Below, piece after piece: positions 34,679-37,246 of a DNA stretch of 37,246 bases (position 1 is the stretch's first letter; each line of letters opens with the position of its first letter). Source of the stretch: a virus. Taxonomy: Duplodnaviria; Caudoviricetes. Under the pieces are notes generated by a model. That model saw only the letters and a program-made list of their open reading frames with translations, was not told the origin of the DNA and did no database searches. Made by a program: the position numbers and the translations under genes. The stretch is from positions 1 to 37,246 of the IMG/VR virus record IMGVR_UViG_3300029145_000016; one strand, written 5' to 3'.

Positions 34679-34699
34679 GGGGCTACGGCCCCGCTTTCT
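34679..34699 (+). terminator. Terminator-like hairpin
   Basis: GGGGC-TACG-GCCCC with a UNCG loop, followed by GCTTTCT. Confidence 0.45.
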
Positions 34700-34712
34700 A
34701 TGTGAGGTGACC

Positions 34713-35063
34713 ATGCGCGCCGAACGCCTTCCTGACCCTGACGAACGCATCTGGGAACTGGAAGAGCGTGTGCGCGAACTGGAAGCCCTTCTGTTGTCCT
34801 CAAGCCCTGCTGTCTCTGACAAGTTGAGCGCGACGCAGAACAAGGTGCTGTCTGTGCTTCTGGCCCGCGAATGGGCATCACACGCGCAACTGTATGACGC
34901 GGTCTGCTACGGCAGGATGAACCCGCCCGGTCCGGAGAACGTCCCCGTCATCATCTGGAAGATGCGCCAGCGTCTGGACGACATGGGCGTGACCATCCAC
35001 AACATCCACGGCACGGGCTTCTACATCACCCCTGAAGATAAGGACAAGCTACGCCTTGGCTAA
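34713..35063 (+). CDS. OmpR/CtrA-type winged-helix DNA-binding protein without a receiver domain
   Basis: Leucine-zipper N-terminus, then LSATQNKVLSVLL...LYDAV...VPVIIWKMRQRL..GVTIHNIHGTGFYI. Confidence 0.75.
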   Translation: MRAERLPDPDERIWELEERVRELEALLLSSSPAVSDKLSATQNKVLSVLLAREWASHAQLYDAVCYGRMNPPGPENVPVIIWKMRQRLDDMGVTIHNIHGTGFYITPEDKDKLRLG

Positions 35064-35460
35064 GCTCGACAACCCCAGACACGAGGCATTCGCACAAGGA
35101 CTATTCATGGGGGAGAGTGCGGATCAGGCTTACCAGAGCGCGGGCTACAAGGCGAACCGTGGCAATGCGATACGCCTGAAAACAAATGAACGCATACAGC
35201 AGCGCCTTGCTGAACTCCAGGAACGGGGCCGCCGCGTGTCTGATGTAACGAAGGAATCGCTCACAAAGATGCTGATGGAAGAGCGCGAGGCCGCGAACGC
35301 TTCCGGTCAGCATTCCGCAGCCGTGTCCGCACTGGAAAAGGTGGGCAAGCTGCATGGCCTGTTTGTCGAGAAAACGGAGAACCTGAATCTGGTTGCTGAC
35401 ATTAGCGACGAACCAATTCAGGACGACGACGGTTGGGCGGACGAATACAAGCCCCACTAG
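35056..35460 (+). CDS. terS: Terminase small subunit
   Basis: LDNPRHEAFAQG.....ADQAYQSAGY....NA.RL....I..RLAELQ; ALEKVGKLHGLF; directly upstream of TerL. Confidence 0.85.
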   Translation: MAKLDNPRHEAFAQGLFMGESADQAYQSAGYKANRGNAIRLKTNERIQQRLAELQERGRRVSDVTKESLTKMLMEEREAANASGQHSAAVSALEKVGKLHGLFVEKTENLNLVADISDEPIQDDDGWADEYKPH

Positions 35461-36890
35461 CTTGGGCACCGCAACCCGGCCCCCAGACCGCGCTGGTCAA
35501 GTGTCCCGTTTTCGAGATCATGTACGGCGGCGCACGCGGCGGCGGCAAAACCGACGGGATGCTGGGCAAGTTCGGCAACAAGCAGAAACGCTACGGCGAG
35601 AACGTCGTGGGCGTGTTCTTCCGCCGGACACGTGAGGATCTGAAGGAAGCCGTTGAACGGTCAAAGCAGATATACGGCCCGATGGGTGCGACACTGACCA
35701 ATGAGCGGCAGTGGAAGTTCCCCAGCGGGGCGCGCCTCAAGTTCGAGTATCTGGACCGGGACAAGGACGCGGACAACTACCAGGGCCACAACTACACGGA
35801 TTTGTTCTTTGAGGAACTGACGCACTGGCCGGACCCGACGCCGATCAACAAGCTGAAGGCAACGCTGCGTTCCCCCCATGGCGTGCCGTGTCAGTTCCAC
35901 GCGACGAGCAACCCCGGCGGCCCCGGTCATGGCTGGGTCAAGGCCCGCTACATCGACCCTGCGCCGCAAGGGTTTCAGGTCATATACGACGATTTCCAAA
36001 ACCCTTTCACGGGGGAGATACAGCGCCTTGGCAGGGTGTTCATCCCGTCGAAGCTGACGGACAACGGCTATCTGATGCGCGACCCAATGTATGTGGCGCG
36101 GCTTCAGCAGTCCGGTTCAAAGGAACTGGTGCGGGCGTGGCTTGAAGGCGATTGGGACATAATCATCGGGGCGTACTTCGATTGCTGGAACGCATGGAAG
36201 GCGCGGGGCGGCATTGTCAAGCCGTTCACCATCCCCGACCACTGGCTGCGCTTCCGGTCCTTTGATTGGGGTTCAAGCGCGCCGTTCTCGGTCGGATGGT
36301 GGGCTGTCGCCAGCGAACACCATGAAGCCCTGAACATCCCGAAGGGTGCATTGGTCCGGTATCGCGAGTGGTACGGGGCAAGTGGGCCGAACAAGGGCCT
36401 GAAGATGACGGCGGAAGACGTGGCCAGAGGTATCGCAGAACGCACGGTTGAGAAGATCAACTACAGCGTGGCGGACCCGGCCATATTCTCGGTCGATGGC
36501 GGACCGTCCATAGCGGAACGAATGATCAAGCATGGCGTGACCTGGATTCGGGCCGACAACAAGCGGGTTGGCGAGATTGGCCACGCGGTCGGCTGGGACC
36601 AGGTGCGGGCGCGGTTTGAAGGCGATGACCGCCCGATGATGTACGTGTTCGAGACGTGTACGGATTTCATCCGGACCATCCCGGCATTGCAGCACGACGA
36701 AAAGCGCCCGGAAGACGTGGACACCGACGGCGAGGACCACGTTGCGGACGAGGTGCGTTATGCCTGCATGTCGCGGCCATGGACAAAACCGTTGCCGGTG
36801 ACGCCGGAGGATGCGGTGGAACGGGCATCACGCGCGCCGACATTCATGCAGATGGTCGAACGGAACAAGCGGAGGCGGTTGAATGTCTGA
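35433..36890 (+). CDS. terL: Terminase large subunit
   Basis: Walker A YGGARGGGKT, Walker B LFFEELT, TSNPGG, nuclease SFDWG, DPAIF, EDHVADEVRY. Confidence 0.96.
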   Translation: MGGRIQAPLAWAPQPGPQTALVKCPVFEIMYGGARGGGKTDGMLGKFGNKQKRYGENVVGVFFRRTREDLKEAVERSKQIYGPMGATLTNERQWKFPSGARLKFEYLDRDKDADNYQGHNYTDLFFEELTHWPDPTPINKLKATLRSPHGVPCQFHATSNPGGPGHGWVKARYIDPAPQGFQVIYDDFQNPFTGEIQRLGRVFIPSKLTDNGYLMRDPMYVARLQQSGSKELVRAWLEGDWDIIIGAYFDCWNAWKARGGIVKPFTIPDHWLRFRSFDWGSSAPFSVGWWAVASEHHEALNIPKGALVRYREWYGASGPNKGLKMTAEDVARGIAERTVEKINYSVADPAIFSVDGGPSIAERMIKHGVTWIRADNKRVGEIGHAVGWDQVRARFEGDDRPMMYVFETCTDFIRTIPALQHDEKRPEDVDTDGEDHVADEVRYACMSRPWTKPLPVTPEDAVERASRAPTFMQMVERNKRRRLNV

Positions 36891-37246
36891 AACTGTTGAA
36901 CGCCCCGCAGAGATCGAGAAGGAACGCAACGGCACTTCCCGGCGCTGGCTTCAGCAGATTGACGAGGCGCACGCCCGCGACCGGGAATGGATGAAGGACG
37001 CGGAAAAGACCGAGGAAGTTTACGAGGACGAAAAGCACACCGAGCGGTTCAACATCCTGTTCTCGAACACCCAGACGCTACAGCCCGCGCTCTACAACAG
37101 CACGCCCCGCCCGGACGTCCGCAGGCGGTTCCGCGACGCCGATCCGGTGGGCAAGGTGGTTGCGGAGGTTCTGGAGCGTGCGCTGGCGTACAGCGTGGAC
37201 AGTTATGACTTCGACAACACGATTGAAGCCGCGTTGCTGGACTACC
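36883..37246 (+). CDS. Portal protein, N-terminal part (continues across the circular join)
   Basis: GGAGG RBS at 36871-36875 and ATG at 36883 overlapping the TerL end. Reads MSETVERPAEIEKERNGTSRRWLQQID...FNILFSNTQTLQPALYNSTPRPDVRRRFRDADPVGKVVAEVLERAL, in frame with ORF 9..1901. Not in the ORF track. Confidence 0.9.
   Translation, partial: MSETVERPAEIEKERNGTSRRWLQQIDEAHARDREWMKDAEKTEEVYEDEKHTERFNILFSNTQTLQPALYNSTPRPDVRRRFRDADPVGKVVAEVLERALAYSVDSYDFDNTIEAALLDY
37149..37246 (+). repeat. Terminal direct repeat, right copy
   Basis: Identical to 2-99 and lies inside the portal reading frame. Confidence 0.95.

Noticed and set aside
34180-34700. Possible tRNA genes in the late leader
   Set aside because: No cloverleaf or GTTCRA T-loop found by eye.
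37149-37246. Biological terminal repeat or att site
   Set aside because: Falls mid-portal and has a length typical of an assembler k-mer overlap.
1-37246. CRISPR array, diversity-generating retroelement, retron, integrase, DNA/RNA polymerase, tape measure
   Set aside because: No repeat-spacer array, reverse transcriptase, recombinase or polymerase motifs, and no tape-measure-sized ORF seen.

Overview
The window looks like a complete, circularly assembled ~37.15 kb genome of a GC-rich tailed dsDNA phage. The last 98 nt repeat positions 2-99, and the portal gene is split across the join. The morphogenesis module is podovirus-like: TerS, TerL, portal, scaffold, HK97-fold major capsid, adaptor, nozzle, GNAT and ejection proteins, with no tape measure. 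The layout is lambdoid: a rightward late operon with lysis genes (M15 endolysin, holin candidates, Rz/Rz1), a leftward early operon (SSB, annealing protein, NinB, HNHs), a divergent cI/cro switch with GGTAC-N5-GTACC operators, and a rightward replication operon (DUF1376 initiator, RusA, DnaA-C HTH, MTase). Gene content suggests an alphaproteobacterial host (inference). I see no integrase. The main oddity is a second, unrelated T7-type capsid gene in the early operon (22059-22844, minus strand). It has its own RBS, appears to lack the E-loop tip and N-arm, and is coupled to an unannotated 41-aa zinc ribbon, so it is a candidate decoy or assembly-poison system. Other points: a CI with an apparent in-frame loss of most of its peptidase domain, several other internally collapsed genes, a Maf/MptE-like transferase in the head module, antisense morons, and candidate structured RNAs. 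All family calls come from motif recognition by eye; no searches were run.
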